Shown here one piece after another: positions 9,207 through 18,390 of a stretch of 51,261 nt of DNA. The position numbers and the translations under genes are program-made. Position 1 is the first letter of the stretch, and the number at the start of each line of letters is the position of its first letter. Where the stretch lies: positions 1 through 51,261 of IMG/VR virus record IMGVR_UViG_3300005286_000487; one strand, given 5' to 3'. The notes below the pieces were generated by a model. The model was given only the letters and a program-made list of their open reading frames with translations. It had not been told where the DNA came from and searched no databases. Source of the stretch: a virus. Its lineage: Duplodnaviria; Caudoviricetes.

Positions 9207-10046
9207 GTGGCTACAAACCAAGATGTCAAAAACCAGTTGGCAAGCAGGGCGAGTCAACCCGCCCAGCAACCGCAGTCTCCTGAGCAAACTATTGCGGCCT
9301 ACCTGAAACGTATGGGGCCGGAGATTGAAAAGGCGCTCCCGTCACATATGAACGCTGATCGCATGGCAAGGATCGCGCTGACTACCATCAGGACCACGCC
9401 GAAACTGCTGGAGTGCAATGTATCGTCGCTGCTCGGAGCTGTTATGCAGGCCGCGCAGCTGGGCCTGGAACCCGGGCTCATCGGACACTGCTACATCATT
9501 CCGTATGGCCGCGAGGCGCAATTTATCATCGGGTACAAGGGCATGATCGACCTGGCTCGCAGGTCTGGCAACATCGAAAGCATATACGCTCACTGCGTGT
9601 ACGAAGCGGACGAGTTTGACTATGAGCTGGGCCTGCACCCGAAACTGCATCATAAGCCAGCGACAGGTCGTCGTGGAGAAATGAAATACGTCTACGCTGT
9701 GGCTCACTTCAAAGATGGCGGGTATCAGTTCGAGGTCATGGACAAAGAAGAAATCGAGAAACGCAGGTCCAGATCAAAGGCAGCCAAGAACGGTCCGTGG
9801 GTTACCGATTATGAGGAAATGGCCAAGAAAACGGTCATCCGCCACATGTGGAAGTACCTGCCGATCAGCATTGAAATCCAGCAGCAAGCCACGCAGGACG
9901 AAGTGGTTCGAAAGGATATCTCCAGCGAGCCAGTAAGCGTGTATAACGAGGCGATTGACGTCAATATCACTTCTGCTGAGAGCGTACCGCTGGACGAAGA
10001 AAAACAAGCAGACTCTAGCGAAAACAGCACGCTTTTTGACGAGTGA
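9207..10046 (+). CDS. recT: RecT-family single-strand annealing protein
   Basis: QAAQLGLEP, AQFIIGYKGMIDLARRSG, EMAKKTVIR motifs; follows YqaJ. Confidence 0.93.
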   Translation: MATNQDVKNQLASRASQPAQQPQSPEQTIAAYLKRMGPEIEKALPSHMNADRMARIALTTIRTTPKLLECNVSSLLGAVMQAAQLGLEPGLIGHCYIIPYGREAQFIIGYKGMIDLARRSGNIESIYAHCVYEADEFDYELGLHPKLHHKPATGRRGEMKYVYAVAHFKDGGYQFEVMDKEEIEKRRSRSKAAKNGPWVTDYEEMAKKTVIRHMWKYLPISIEIQQQATQDEVVRKDISSEPVSVYNEAIDVNITSAESVPLDEEKQADSSENSTLFDE

Positions 10047-10222
10047 TGCCTCAGGAAGAAAGGTGGTTTCCACTCCCGGACCTATACCGCACATTGGGCG
10101 ATCCAGACACGCTCAAGAGATTTGCCGCAGCGTATATGATGCGGTACTACCCGGAGTGGAAGCCACTCAAGATCAATAATTACAGAGTCCTGGCTGAAAG
10201 GAGAGAAATAGATGAGTCATAA
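10046..10222 (+). CDS. Small hypothetical protein, 58 aa (absent from ORF track)
   Basis: TGATG coupling to recT; MPQEERWFPLPDLYRTLGDP...RYYPEWKPLKI. Confidence 0.6.
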   Translation: MPQEERWFPLPDLYRTLGDPDTLKRFAAAYMMRYYPEWKPLKINNYRVLAERREIDES

Positions 10223-10746
10223 CAATTACGATAACGAACAATTCAAGGGCAGTGTTTTAAATGAACTTTCAAAGTTGGATACCAAAGTCCGCCAGGAATT
10301 AGATGTAATTTTAGCTGACACTGCACACCTACACTTAACGGAACTTGCGAAGTGCGAATCACCAATCGAGTCAATTATGCTTCTGTGGTTAAGGCACTAC
10401 TTTCTGATGCGTGACCAGGAATACAAACAGTGGGATAACTTCCCTTTAATATCCATCGAACCACAAAGAACAGTAGAGAAAGGAAAGAAAAAATATCGAG
10501 TGGACATAGCTTTAGATTGCTTGTTTAAAGGCGAAAATCACAGCTTTGCAATTGAATGTGATGGCCATGAATTTCATGAAAAGACGAAAGAACAAGCAGC
10601 AAGAGATAAGCAACGGGATAGAGACTTACAATCCATGGGATACAGGGCGCTTCGATGCACTCAAGATTGTGGAGAAAGTAACAGGCATCTATGACGAAGA
10701 AATGGCTTATCTCAAAAAGATATATCCAGACAACAATTGGTTATGA
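10212..10746 (+). pseudogene. DUF559/Vsr-like PD-(D/E)xK nuclease, apparently frameshifted near the 3' end
   Basis: CESPIE, YRVDI, AIECDGHEFHEKTKEQAARDKQRDRDLQ; the usual RFTGSEI segment is missing and a protein-like tail continues in another frame to 10746. Confidence 0.55.
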
Positions 10747-10818
10747 AGACAAGAACGGATCTAACGCCAGTCCCCCTTTACTGGGCGGGCGTTTTACGAA
10801 AGGAGGCGATTTAGTAAT

Positions 10819-11931
10819 ATGGCAAGTCCTCAACCTACAGATGCACACCTGAGGTTAGCACACTCTCTTTTTGAAGAGATCGCAATGCGAGACTTTTCGA
10901 AGCGTCAGCGGAGCATCATTGATTTGGTACTAAGGCTGAGCTGGGGGTGCGGTAAAAAAGCTTGGATGTATGACGGATATGCAGACTTCGAGGCTGTTGG
11001 TGTGTACCGAAACGTAGTGAGCGAAGAGCTGCAATATCTGGAAAGGAACCAAGTGATAAGGTGGTTTCCTGAGTACCGAATCATCATGCTGAACAAACAT
11101 TTTGACGACTGGACGATCGCACGCAAGAAAAAAACTTCGTCGGAGCACATGAAAAAGCTGGTTAATAGCAGCTTACAAAACATTGAAGTCACCAACGTTT
11201 TATTGTCGACGTTATTACAAAACATTGATCAGAACAACGAATCATTGTCAGGATCAATAAAAAATATGACAGGCGACAATAAAAAATATGATGGGGATAA
11301 CTCTTCAAACCCTTGCGGCTCTAAGGACGAAGAGGGGTCTAAAGAAAGTCTTTTAAATAAATCTATTAAAATATCTTCTTCTACGAACGAGATACATAAC
11401 GGGATCGGCATCAATGACACTGTTCTGGAAGAAGAGTTGGAACTGAATGAAATGGAGCTGGCGTTCAAACGAGCAGAAGAAAAGATGATCACCAAAACAG
11501 GTCGCATGTATTACCTGAAAGGGGACGAACCAAAAAATATCCATTCGTTTCTTCTCAGTGGAGGAACAGTGGACATGCTCCTAGCTGCCATAGACGAAGC
11601 ATTCGATCAGTATCAGCCCCGTTATCCAAGTGACAAAATCACTTCAATCAACTACTGCCTGACGTTCGCTTGGAAAAAGCTTGAACGAGACAAAGCGATC
11701 GGGAATGGTAAAGATGCACAACCTATGCCTGCTCGCAGCCAACTTCAGCCAAGACAAAGGCGGAACAACGTCGTACCAATGGTGGACAAGCTGCCAGAGA
11801 GTGTTCAGTGGCAAATGAAGCAGGAGCAGGACGGGGCTATCCAACCGAGCAAAGGAAGGCTACTGCAAGACGATCCCGAGTTGATGGCAAGGCTCGAACG
11901 CATGAGAAAGTCAAGGACAGCAAGCAGGTAG
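10819..11931 (+). CDS. Phage replication initiator (O-like N-terminal wHTH)
   Basis: MASPQPTDAHLRLAH...FSKRQRSIIDLVLRLSWG; position after RecT; internal DNA repeats. Confidence 0.8.
   Translation: MASPQPTDAHLRLAHSLFEEIAMRDFSKRQRSIIDLVLRLSWGCGKKAWMYDGYADFEAVGVYRNVVSEELQYLERNQVIRWFPEYRIIMLNKHFDDWTIARKKKTSSEHMKKLVNSSLQNIEVTNVLLSTLLQNIDQNNESLSGSIKNMTGDNKKYDGDNSSNPCGSKDEEGSKESLLNKSIKISSSTNEIHNGIGINDTVLEEELELNEMELAFKRAEEKMITKTGRMYYLKGDEPKNIHSFLLSGGTVDMLLAAIDEAFDQYQPRYPSDKITSINYCLTFAWKKLERDKAIGNGKDAQPMPARSQLQPRQRRNNVVPMVDKLPESVQWQMKQEQDGAIQPSKGRLLQDDPELMARLERMRKSRTASR
11173..11380. repeat. Putative replication origin (iteron-like repeats plus AT-rich tract) inside the initiator gene
   Basis: TTACAAAACATTGA at 11173 and 11215; CAATAAAAAATATGA at 11255 and 11277; AT-rich 11340-11380. 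Confidence 0.6.
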
Positions 11932-11947
11932 AACAGGAGGGATACGG

Positions 11948-12781
11948 ATGCAAGTACGATCGGCATTTAACCTCACTCTCGCAAAATCAGAACCATTTGG
12001 TCTCGTTAATTGCGATTTTTGGCAAAACGATCAGGGCGATGTCTTTATGACCATTGCGCAATTAGCTGGAGCGCTCGGATACTCTGATCGTTCTGGAGTC
12101 GACAAAATCATTCAGCGAAATGAATACCTGGAGGAAGCCGATTTTTCAGTACAGGACAAATTGTCCGGCACTGACGGAAAGCTCTACACCACACGACTTT
12201 TTACCGAGGATGGCATTTACGAAGTGGCGATGCTCGCCAAGACTCCTGCGGCACGTAAATTTCGTGGGTGGGTGCGTGAAGTAATTAAAGCAATCCGCAA
12301 GCATGGCATGTACGCGAAGGATGAGCTGCTAGATAACCCGGACCTACTGCTGGATGTCGTCTCCAAGCTGAAAGCAGAGCGCGACAAGCGGATGGCAGCA
12401 GAAACTAAGGCACTTGTCCTAGAGCAGCGTGTAGCGGAGTACGAGCCGAAGATCACCTACCTGGATCAGATTCTGCAGTCCAAAGATACGGTGACAATTA
12501 CGCAGATTGCCAAAGACTACGGCATGAGTGGACAAAAGCTGAACCAAATCTTGAACGAGGAAGGGGTTCAGTACAAACAAAACGGACAGTGGTTGTTGTA
12601 CAGGAAGTATCACGATAAGGGCTACACCAAGTCTTATACGGTTGATGTCGTTCACACCAACGGTCAGCAGACCGTCAAGATGAACACGCGTTGGACGCAA
12701 AAGGGGCGGCTGTTTATACACGATGTGCTGACCAGACGAGGATTTGTAGCAATGATCGACCGCCGCGATATCGGGGCATAG
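11948..12781 (+). CDS. Phage antirepressor (Bro-N plus KilAC/ANT)
   Basis: FTEDGIYE, ARKFRGWV...IRKHGMY, ITQIAKDYGMS, TRWTQKGRLFI. Confidence 0.9.
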   Translation: MQVRSAFNLTLAKSEPFGLVNCDFWQNDQGDVFMTIAQLAGALGYSDRSGVDKIIQRNEYLEEADFSVQDKLSGTDGKLYTTRLFTEDGIYEVAMLAKTPAARKFRGWVREVIKAIRKHGMYAKDELLDNPDLLLDVVSKLKAERDKRMAAETKALVLEQRVAEYEPKITYLDQILQSKDTVTITQIAKDYGMSGQKLNQILNEEGVQYKQNGQWLLYRKYHDKGYTKSYTVDVVHTNGQQTVKMNTRWTQKGRLFIHDVLTRRGFVAMIDRRDIGA

Positions 12782-12796
12782 AGGGAGGTCGCGAGG

Positions 12797-13060
12797 ATGG
12801 ACAATACTCTGCTTCGCAGGATCAACCAGCGCCAAGAAGCGCCTGTAGGAACACTGACGCGCGGTTTGATCTATTCTGACGACGAAATCATACATGACCT
12901 GCTGTTCTTTTACCGCGATGCTGGTTTGATTACCTTCGGCGGAGAAGAGATCAACGACAGAACGGTGATACGAGTGAGGAGGGGAAGGCGTGGGACAAGC
13001 AAAAGAGCTCCGCATCGTCATACCAGGCAATCCGCCAACGATAAACCACGTCTATCGTAA
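12797..13060 (+). CDS. Hypothetical protein
   Basis: GGGAGG RBS; 3' end overlaps rusA. Confidence 0.5.
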   Translation: MDNTLLRRINQRQEAPVGTLTRGLIYSDDEIIHDLLFFYRDAGLITFGGEEINDRTVIRVRRGRRGTSKRAPHRHTRQSANDKPRLS

Positions 13061-13382
13061 CGTCTCCATCAATCGGCGCATCACCACAAGAGACGGTCAA
13101 CGCTGGGTCAGAGACGTGCAAGCAATCGCCATAGCAACTATTCAACAGCAAAGTTGGCAGAAGAGTGCAAACGAGAAATTGGTTGCAGAAGTCATGATCT
13201 ATTGGCCAACCCGGCGAAAGCGAGACGTCGAGAACGTTGGGAAGCTGCTTTGGGACGCACTGGAGGGCATTGTGTACGAAAATGACCACTGGCTGCTGCC
13301 GCGATACATGGACTTCTCAGTGGACAAGCATAACCCGCGGGTGGAAATCAGGTTCTATCGATTCGAAGAAGGAGTCGCATAA
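12990..13382 (+). CDS. rusA: RusA-family Holliday junction resolvase
   Basis: PPTINHVY, KRDVENVGKLLWDALEGIVYEND, NPRVEI. Confidence 0.85.
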   Translation: MGQAKELRIVIPGNPPTINHVYRNVSINRRITTRDGQRWVRDVQAIAIATIQQQSWQKSANEKLVAEVMIYWPTRRKRDVENVGKLLWDALEGIVYENDHWLLPRYMDFSVDKHNPRVEIRFYRFEEGVA

Positions 13383-13393
13383 AGAGAGGGAGA

Positions 13394-13627
13394 GTGTGGA
13401 AGATGAGCAGATTAGCGCCTAATAGATACGGCACAGATATGCGGGCGCGTAAAAGAACAGAGCCGGTACAGGCCGTAAACAACGAATGCATAACGCGGCC
13501 CATGACACCCGCTGAGCGCGCATGGATGGACTCACTGCCGAAGCCGCATCCAAAGTCCAAAATTATTGGCATGAGCATTGCGGCTGAAAAGGCCATGAAG
13601 CGCAAAGGAAAGGGCTACGTAGGGTAA
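13394..13627 (+). CDS. Hypothetical protein
   Basis: GAGGGAG RBS; basic 77-aa ORF. Confidence 0.5.
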   Translation: MWKMSRLAPNRYGTDMRARKRTEPVQAVNNECITRPMTPAERAWMDSLPKPHPKSKIIGMSIAAEKAMKRKGKGYVG

Positions 13628-13842
13628 CGCAGCCCATGCCCGCCGAACAGTTCGCGAACGTTGTTGTAGACGCGGACGTGCATGTCCGGGAAGACAAAAG
13701 CAATTTCTCCATCTGCCAATCGTAGTTTGTGAGACGGTTGCTCTATGACAAAAGGGACCTCCATCGCCTGCAATGCTTCTTTCAAATAACCAACATCAGA
13801 CCATGGAACCGCATAGTAAAACGACTTTTCCATACGAAACAC
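13615..13842 (-). CDS. Hypothetical protein, divergent from the tyrosine recombinase
   Basis: AAAGGAG RBS; globular-looking 72-75 aa ORF. Confidence 0.6.
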   Translation of the reverse strand: MFRMEKSFYYAVPWSDVGYLKEALQAMEVPFVIEQPSHKLRLADGEIAFVFPDMHVRVYNNVRELFGGHGLRYPT

Positions 13843-13883
13843 ACTCCTTTTTCCACATCATATCGCACTAGGGAGGGTATCGC

Positions 13884-14426
13884 ATGAATTTCGTTGAGCC
13901 AATACGTAATCCAGGAAAGATCGAGGAAATGAAACAACTACTGTTGCAGCAATCGGAACGGAACTACTTTTTGTTCGTGATGGGCATAAACACAGGATTG
14001 CGAATATCTGATCTGCTGCGCTTGAAAGTGGCGGACGTGAAAGGTAAGAGTCACATCATCTTGGTTGAGAAGAAGACGGGCAAGCGAAAACGGTTCTTGA
14101 TCAATGACAATCTGCGGAACGAGGTCGATCAATACGTCATTGGCAAGAAAGGCGACGAGTATCTGTTTGCCTCAACGAAAAGACCGCTGCCGATTACGCG
14201 AGTCAGGGCCTATCAAATCATCAACGGAGCTGCGAAGAAGATAGGACTGAGCGAGATCGGTACACATACACTTCGCAAGACGTTTGGCTACCACTTCTAT
14301 CAGCGGACGAAGGACATTGCGACACTTCAAATGATTTTCAACCATTCGCATCCTTCGATCACGTTGAGATACATCGGTATCACGCAAGACTTGATCGACG
14401 ACGCGGTGAACAGATTCAGCTTGTAG
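13884..14426 (+). CDS. Minimal tyrosine recombinase (catalytic domain only, 180 aa)
   Basis: TGLRISD (R), EKKTGK (K), HTLRKT (H-x-x-R), NHS (H), RYIG (Y); no N-terminal core-binding domain. Confidence 0.92.
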   Translation: MNFVEPIRNPGKIEEMKQLLLQQSERNYFLFVMGINTGLRISDLLRLKVADVKGKSHIILVEKKTGKRKRFLINDNLRNEVDQYVIGKKGDEYLFASTKRPLPITRVRAYQIINGAAKKIGLSEIGTHTLRKTFGYHFYQRTKDIATLQMIFNHSHPSITLRYIGITQDLIDDAVNRFSL

Positions 14427-14463
14427 AGGCTGGGAACAAACGCTCAATTAAGTTAAATAGGCG

Positions 14464-15573
14464 GTGAAACGCATGAGGATGCTGTCGTTATTCGCTGGCA
14501 TCGGCGGAATTGATTTAGCAGCTCATTGGGCCGGCATAGAAACGGTAGCGTTCTGTGAGATCGAGCCGTATTGCCAGAAGGTTTTACAAAAGAATTGGCC
14601 TGGAGTGCCAATCTTTGATGACGTGAGAACGATCAATAAACAGCAACTCATTGAAAAGGGGGTCATAGGGGATGAGCGATCAATTGACATTATTTGCGGA
14701 GGATACCCTTGCCAACCTTTCAGTAATGCCGGGCAACGCCTTGGCGAAGAAGACGACCGTCACCTCTGGCCAGAAATGCTTAGGCTTATCAAAGAACTCA
14801 GGCCCACTTGGGTCCTTGGAGAAAATGTTGATGGACACGTCACTTTGGGGCTCGACACTGTGCTTGCTGACTTGGACGAAGCGGGTTACACCGCAAGGGC
14901 GTTTGTTATTCCAGCTGCAGCCGTCTACGCGCCGCACCAACGCAAAAGAGTCTTCGTTGTGGGCCACACCGAGCGCGGCGGATGCGGTGGGGAGTCATGG
15001 GGGCGGACAGGGACGATCACTCAGAACCGATATAGCCAACTGGAAGAAGGGGATGTGGCCTACTCCAAAAGCATCGATTCGGGGAGATTGTCCATCCGAG
15101 CGTGCGCGTCGAAGCCCGGATTTGCATGCAGCAGTCAAGATGTGGCCAACACCCAGGGCGAACGATGCGGAGAAACGTGGGAACTTCGACGTAACGAACG
15201 AACGGAACGGATTACCGGGAGCGGTAAAACATTGGCCAACTCCAGCAGCACAGGACGGGAAGAATTCAGCCTTGCCACCTTCACAGATGGATCGGGACAC
15301 GGTTCCAGGCGCAGTAATGAGAGAAGGACACCAAGGGCAACTGAATCCAGAATGGGTGGAAACCTTGATGGGCTTTCCGATTGGTTGGACAGATTTAGAT
15401 GGCCAGCCGCAATGGGATTAGATCAGTACGATTGGGAGCCATCCCGGGTGATAACCGGCATGAAAGGAAAGGTCCGGGAGGCGCGGTTGAAGTCTTTAGG
15501 GAACGCAGTAAATCCGGTCCAGGTGCTCCCGATCATTTGGGGTATAAAGCAGATTGACGATCAGGCAATTTAA
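14464..15573 (+). CDS. C5 cytosine DNA methyltransferase, alpha chain (motifs I-VIII and X)
   Basis: LFAGIGG, GGYPCQPFS, ENV, RKRVF, LGNAVNP; motif IX absent in this frame. Confidence 0.92.
   Translation: MKRMRMLSLFAGIGGIDLAAHWAGIETVAFCEIEPYCQKVLQKNWPGVPIFDDVRTINKQQLIEKGVIGDERSIDIICGGYPCQPFSNAGQRLGEEDDRHLWPEMLRLIKELRPTWVLGENVDGHVTLGLDTVLADLDEAGYTARAFVIPAAAVYAPHQRKRVFVVGHTERGGCGGESWGRTGTITQNRYSQLEEGDVAYSKSIDSGRLSIRACASKPGFACSSQDVANTQGERCGETWELRRNERTERITGSGKTLANSSSTGREEFSLATFTDGSGHGSRRSNERRTPRATESRMGGNLDGLSDWLDRFRWPAAMGLDQYDWEPSRVITGMKGKVREARLKSLGNAVNPVQVLPIIWGIKQIDDQAI
14672..15421 (+). CDS. Nested alternative-frame methyltransferase beta chain (motif IX plus four W[PA]TP repeats)
   Basis: 249-aa ORF fully inside the MTase gene; purine-rich RBS-like run; ends LNPEWVETLMGFPIGWT. 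Confidence 0.8.
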   Translation: MSDQLTLFAEDTLANLSVMPGNALAKKTTVTSGQKCLGLSKNSGPLGSLEKMLMDTSLWGSTLCLLTWTKRVTPQGRLLFQLQPSTRRTNAKESSLWATPSAADAVGSHGGGQGRSLRTDIANWKKGMWPTPKASIRGDCPSERARRSPDLHAAVKMWPTPRANDAEKRGNFDVTNERNGLPGAVKHWPTPAAQDGKNSALPPSQMDRDTVPGAVMREGHQGQLNPEWVETLMGFPIGWTDLDGQPQWD

Positions 15574-15598
15574 CTCTTTGTGTAGGGAGGAAAAGATC

Positions 15599-15925
15599 AT
15601 GGAAACTTATTCGTTTGAACAAGCGAAGCAGCATGCGTTGGATTGGTGCAATAATAACCCAGGCTGGAAACGCATTTGCGATATAGAGAACACTGATGCG
15701 CTGTACTGCACTTTCTCCGAATTGCCTAAGAAGGAGCAAAAATACTGGCTTGATACTTATGGGGAATACTCCGCCGAATCTGCTTGGCGCGAGTTTGGGC
15801 GCGGTAAATGCAAGGTACCTTATGGCTTCATCACTGGGAAAGGTGAGTTCTACGACGACGTTCTAAAGGTTCCATTGCACCATAATTTGATGCAGGTCTA
15901 CAAGGTCGGTAAAAGGGCTGTTTAA
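15599..15925 (+). CDS. Hypothetical protein
   Basis: GGGAGG RBS before ATG 15599. Confidence 0.7.
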   Translation: METYSFEQAKQHALDWCNNNPGWKRICDIENTDALYCTFSELPKKEQKYWLDTYGEYSAESAWREFGRGKCKVPYGFITGKGEFYDDVLKVPLHHNLMQVYKVGKRAV

Positions 15926-15945
15926 CAAAATAGTTAGGGAAGGAA

Positions 15946-16197
15946 GTGCAATATCTCATGTGGCCGATGCATGCAAAGAACGGCTTGAAGCGCGGTGACC
16001 GAGTAAAACACATCAACAGCCATCGCAGCAAGTGGAAACACCTGGTCAACGGCGAGGTGGAGGACATCTCCATGACGGAAGAGTCGGTTTATGTGAAGTG
16101 GTACGACGATAACGGAAATCCAGTTCACTGGGCGAAGTACGATTGCCACAAGATTGAGAAAAGAGACGAGGGAGGAAAGAACGATGGGACAATTTGA
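15946..16197 (+). CDS. Hypothetical protein, possibly SH3/KOW-like
   Basis: LKRGDRVKH...GEVEDI...VYVKW pattern. Confidence 0.55.
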   Translation: MQYLMWPMHAKNGLKRGDRVKHINSHRSKWKHLVNGEVEDISMTEESVYVKWYDDNGNPVHWAKYDCHKIEKRDEGGKNDGTI

Positions 16198-16774
16198 AAC
16201 AAAGCACACAGCCTTTAACCTGACTTTCAAGGAGCATCCCGTTTTCAAGGATCAGCAAATCGTTGAAGACAGCGCGGGCGATGTGTTCCTTTGGATCGAT
16301 ACTGACAGCGGAAAAGTAAGCTTTGGCGGCAAATACTTTCAAATCTACAACGAGCAGAAGCTTGTCCAGGCGATGAAGAATTTCGCTTATATCGCACATG
16401 AGTTCGTGGAAAAGGTAAAAGCCGGGAAGGACCATGAGCAGAATTTGTATGATCAGTTCCAAAAGGCGCTGAAATTTGAGGAACAGGTCACCGAGTGGAA
16501 AAAGCCTGTCAAGTTCTTCGAAATCCATTGCCCGTATTACGCACTGATTAAAGCGCCAGATAAAGACCAGGCGATCAAGGTGTACACGGAGCATGTGGCA
16601 GAAGATGACGGCACGCTGCACGAAGAAATTAGTGAAGTAGATCGGGATTACGCGCTTGTCTCTTTCAGTCGCGGGGCAAAAGAAGACAAGAAAGAGGTTC
16701 CGATTTTGGAAATACTCAAGGACTTTCAAAGTGAAGGTAGCGCAGTGCTGCTCATTGGCAGCGATGTCTTGTGA
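16184..16774 (+). CDS. Hypothetical phage protein
   Basis: GGGAGG RBS before ATG 16184. Confidence 0.7.
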   Translation: MGQFETKHTAFNLTFKEHPVFKDQQIVEDSAGDVFLWIDTDSGKVSFGGKYFQIYNEQKLVQAMKNFAYIAHEFVEKVKAGKDHEQNLYDQFQKALKFEEQVTEWKKPVKFFEIHCPYYALIKAPDKDQAIKVYTEHVAEDDGTLHEEISEVDRDYALVSFSRGAKEDKKEVPILEILKDFQSEGSAVLLIGSDVL

Positions 16775-16787
16775 TGGAGGTCGGGAT

Positions 16788-17126
16788 ATGACAGAGCAGC
16801 AGATCATTGAAACGCTGGCAACGAAGGTGATGGGGTGGTCAACAAAGAGCAAACAATCATCTTTCTGGCTTGATTTTGAGGGGCATTTGCGACCGAAACG
16901 TAGTTGGAACCCACTCCAAAACATAGCAGATGCGTGGCAGGTGGTTGAACAAATTAAAAAAGACGGATTCGATGTACAGATTTATCGCGGACAAGGATTT
17001 ACGAGCGTTGAAATCATCGAATCAAGCCAGGGGATGATTATTGGCGAGTATGAAGGGGTAACAACACAGGAGTCTATATGCCACGCTGCACTCAGAGTAT
17101 TCGCTGCTGACTTAACACAACGGTAA
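16788..17126 (+). CDS. BC1872/ABA-sandwich-like phage protein
   Basis: LATKVMGW...WNPLQNIADAWQVVE...SICHAAL. Confidence 0.7.
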   Translation: MTEQQIIETLATKVMGWSTKSKQSSFWLDFEGHLRPKRSWNPLQNIADAWQVVEQIKKDGFDVQIYRGQGFTSVEIIESSQGMIIGEYEGVTTQESICHAALRVFAADLTQR

Positions 17127-17152
17127 TTGAGATCCATAAGGAGGAAACCCAA

Positions 17153-17569
17153 TTGAATATCAAAGAGGCAAAAGAAGCACTAGCAGCCAAAGGTATTCGC
17201 CAATTGAGAAAAGGCGAGTCTTTAGCTGATGCTATAACCTCTATTTACAGAGGTGTACCTAGAAAGGGATACGAATACAAACGCGCTGACGGAAGTCTGA
17301 TGCATAGAAATGAGATCGTCCGAACAGCACATAGAGAGGCACTTTCTAAAACAGTACAAGAACCGTACTATGTAGGTCCTAAAGCAATAAACATAGACGA
17401 TATACCAGCGTGCGATGACTTCAGAGACGACCTTTCACAAGCAGGAACCATAGCTAAGTGCCAATATTGCAGCCGCCCACTGAGAGTCGATGAAGACGAG
17501 TACGATAGTTTCGACATCTTATGTTGTGTACGCTGCATGGACCACGCCATCTTAGAGCATTGCATGTAA
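17153..17569 (+). CDS. Hypothetical protein with C-terminal Zn-binding CxxC pairs
   Basis: AAGGAGG RBS; CQYC...CVRC. Confidence 0.7.
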   Translation: MNIKEAKEALAAKGIRQLRKGESLADAITSIYRGVPRKGYEYKRADGSLMHRNEIVRTAHREALSKTVQEPYYVGPKAINIDDIPACDDFRDDLSQAGTIAKCQYCSRPLRVDEDEYDSFDILCCVRCMDHAILEHCM

Positions 17570-17632
17570 GATAGGGGACACGAAGGTGCGTATTAACAAA
17601 CCACACGATTTGTAAAGAAAGGCGGAGAACAT

Positions 17633-18013
17633 ATGCAAGTTTTGATCAAGGTTAATAATGAGCAAGAGGAACAGGTGGTCAAGAAACTGATAAATGCAAT
17701 GCGCGAACTTGATTTTCTCGAAGACTTAGAAAGTGCAGACGAAAAATATGCTCCACCCGGCGAGCAGTATCTGGATCCATTTGAGTATCGTTTATTGCGA
17801 GAAAATTACCCAGCGGTCTCCGTGGAGGTTGATCCTGCGGTCAGGGAAATGGAGTTTGACGACTCAAATTTCATAACCGGGACATGCAGTTCTTGCGGTA
17901 AGACGACAGAAGGGCTGATTGATAACAGACCGATTACATTTTCCGAATATACTGAGTTGGCAAGTAGGGAGTCTACTGAGTCTTGGAAGTGTGAATCATG
18001 CTTTGGCGCTTAA
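17633..18013 (+). CDS. Hypothetical acidic protein with Zn-finger
   Basis: CSSCG...CESC. Confidence 0.7.
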   Translation: MQVLIKVNNEQEEQVVKKLINAMRELDFLEDLESADEKYAPPGEQYLDPFEYRLLRENYPAVSVEVDPAVREMEFDDSNFITGTCSSCGKTTEGLIDNRPITFSEYTELASRESTESWKCESCFGA

Positions 18014-18056
18014 ATTGACACAACAATCGATTTGAAAAACGAAAGGGGTATGTAAG

Positions 18057-18347
18057 ATGGCAGAAGTAAAAGTCGAGCGCGTATTGGTTCAGGGGACTGT
18101 AACATTCACGGTGTCATGCAACGATTTGAAGGGGTTGGTGACACCAGAGCAAGCGGCGGACGAGGAGTTCATGAAAGAGTGGCTTGCAGACAAAGCCTTT
18201 AAGCTGATTGACTCAGCGGATGAAGAAGTAGAGTACGAAAACGAGGTTCCCGTGAAGATCAGCAAGGAAACCGCAGATAAGCATACAGGCAACATTGTTG
18301 ATTCAAGTGTCTGGAAAGAAATACTGGCGGAACATCGAGCGGAGTAG
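18057..18347 (+). CDS. Hypothetical acidic protein
   Basis: AAAGGGG RBS; 96 aa. Confidence 0.7.
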   Translation: MAEVKVERVLVQGTVTFTVSCNDLKGLVTPEQAADEEFMKEWLADKAFKLIDSADEEVEYENEVPVKISKETADKHTGNIVDSSVWKEILAEHRAE

Positions 18348-18390
18348 TCTTTTTACAAACCATTACTTTTGTATCTATGGAGGGAAGACA

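Larger units (their letters stand above)
14433..18375. repeat. Recurring degenerate palindromic junction site (8-bp arm, 8-bp spacer, 8-bp arm)
   Basis: Copies start at 14433, 17112, 17593, 18015 and 18352; weak or half copies at 15554 and 15922; all lie at gene junctions. Confidence 0.6.

Noticed and set aside
8438-9229. Long antisense ORFs (also 16046-16924, 33741-34637, 43781-44554)
   Set aside because: Shadows of well-supported plus-strand genes; no RBS or recognisable motifs
14433-18375. Junction repeats as a CRISPR array
   Set aside because: Repeats are degenerate and separated by whole genes hundreds of bp long; no cas genes
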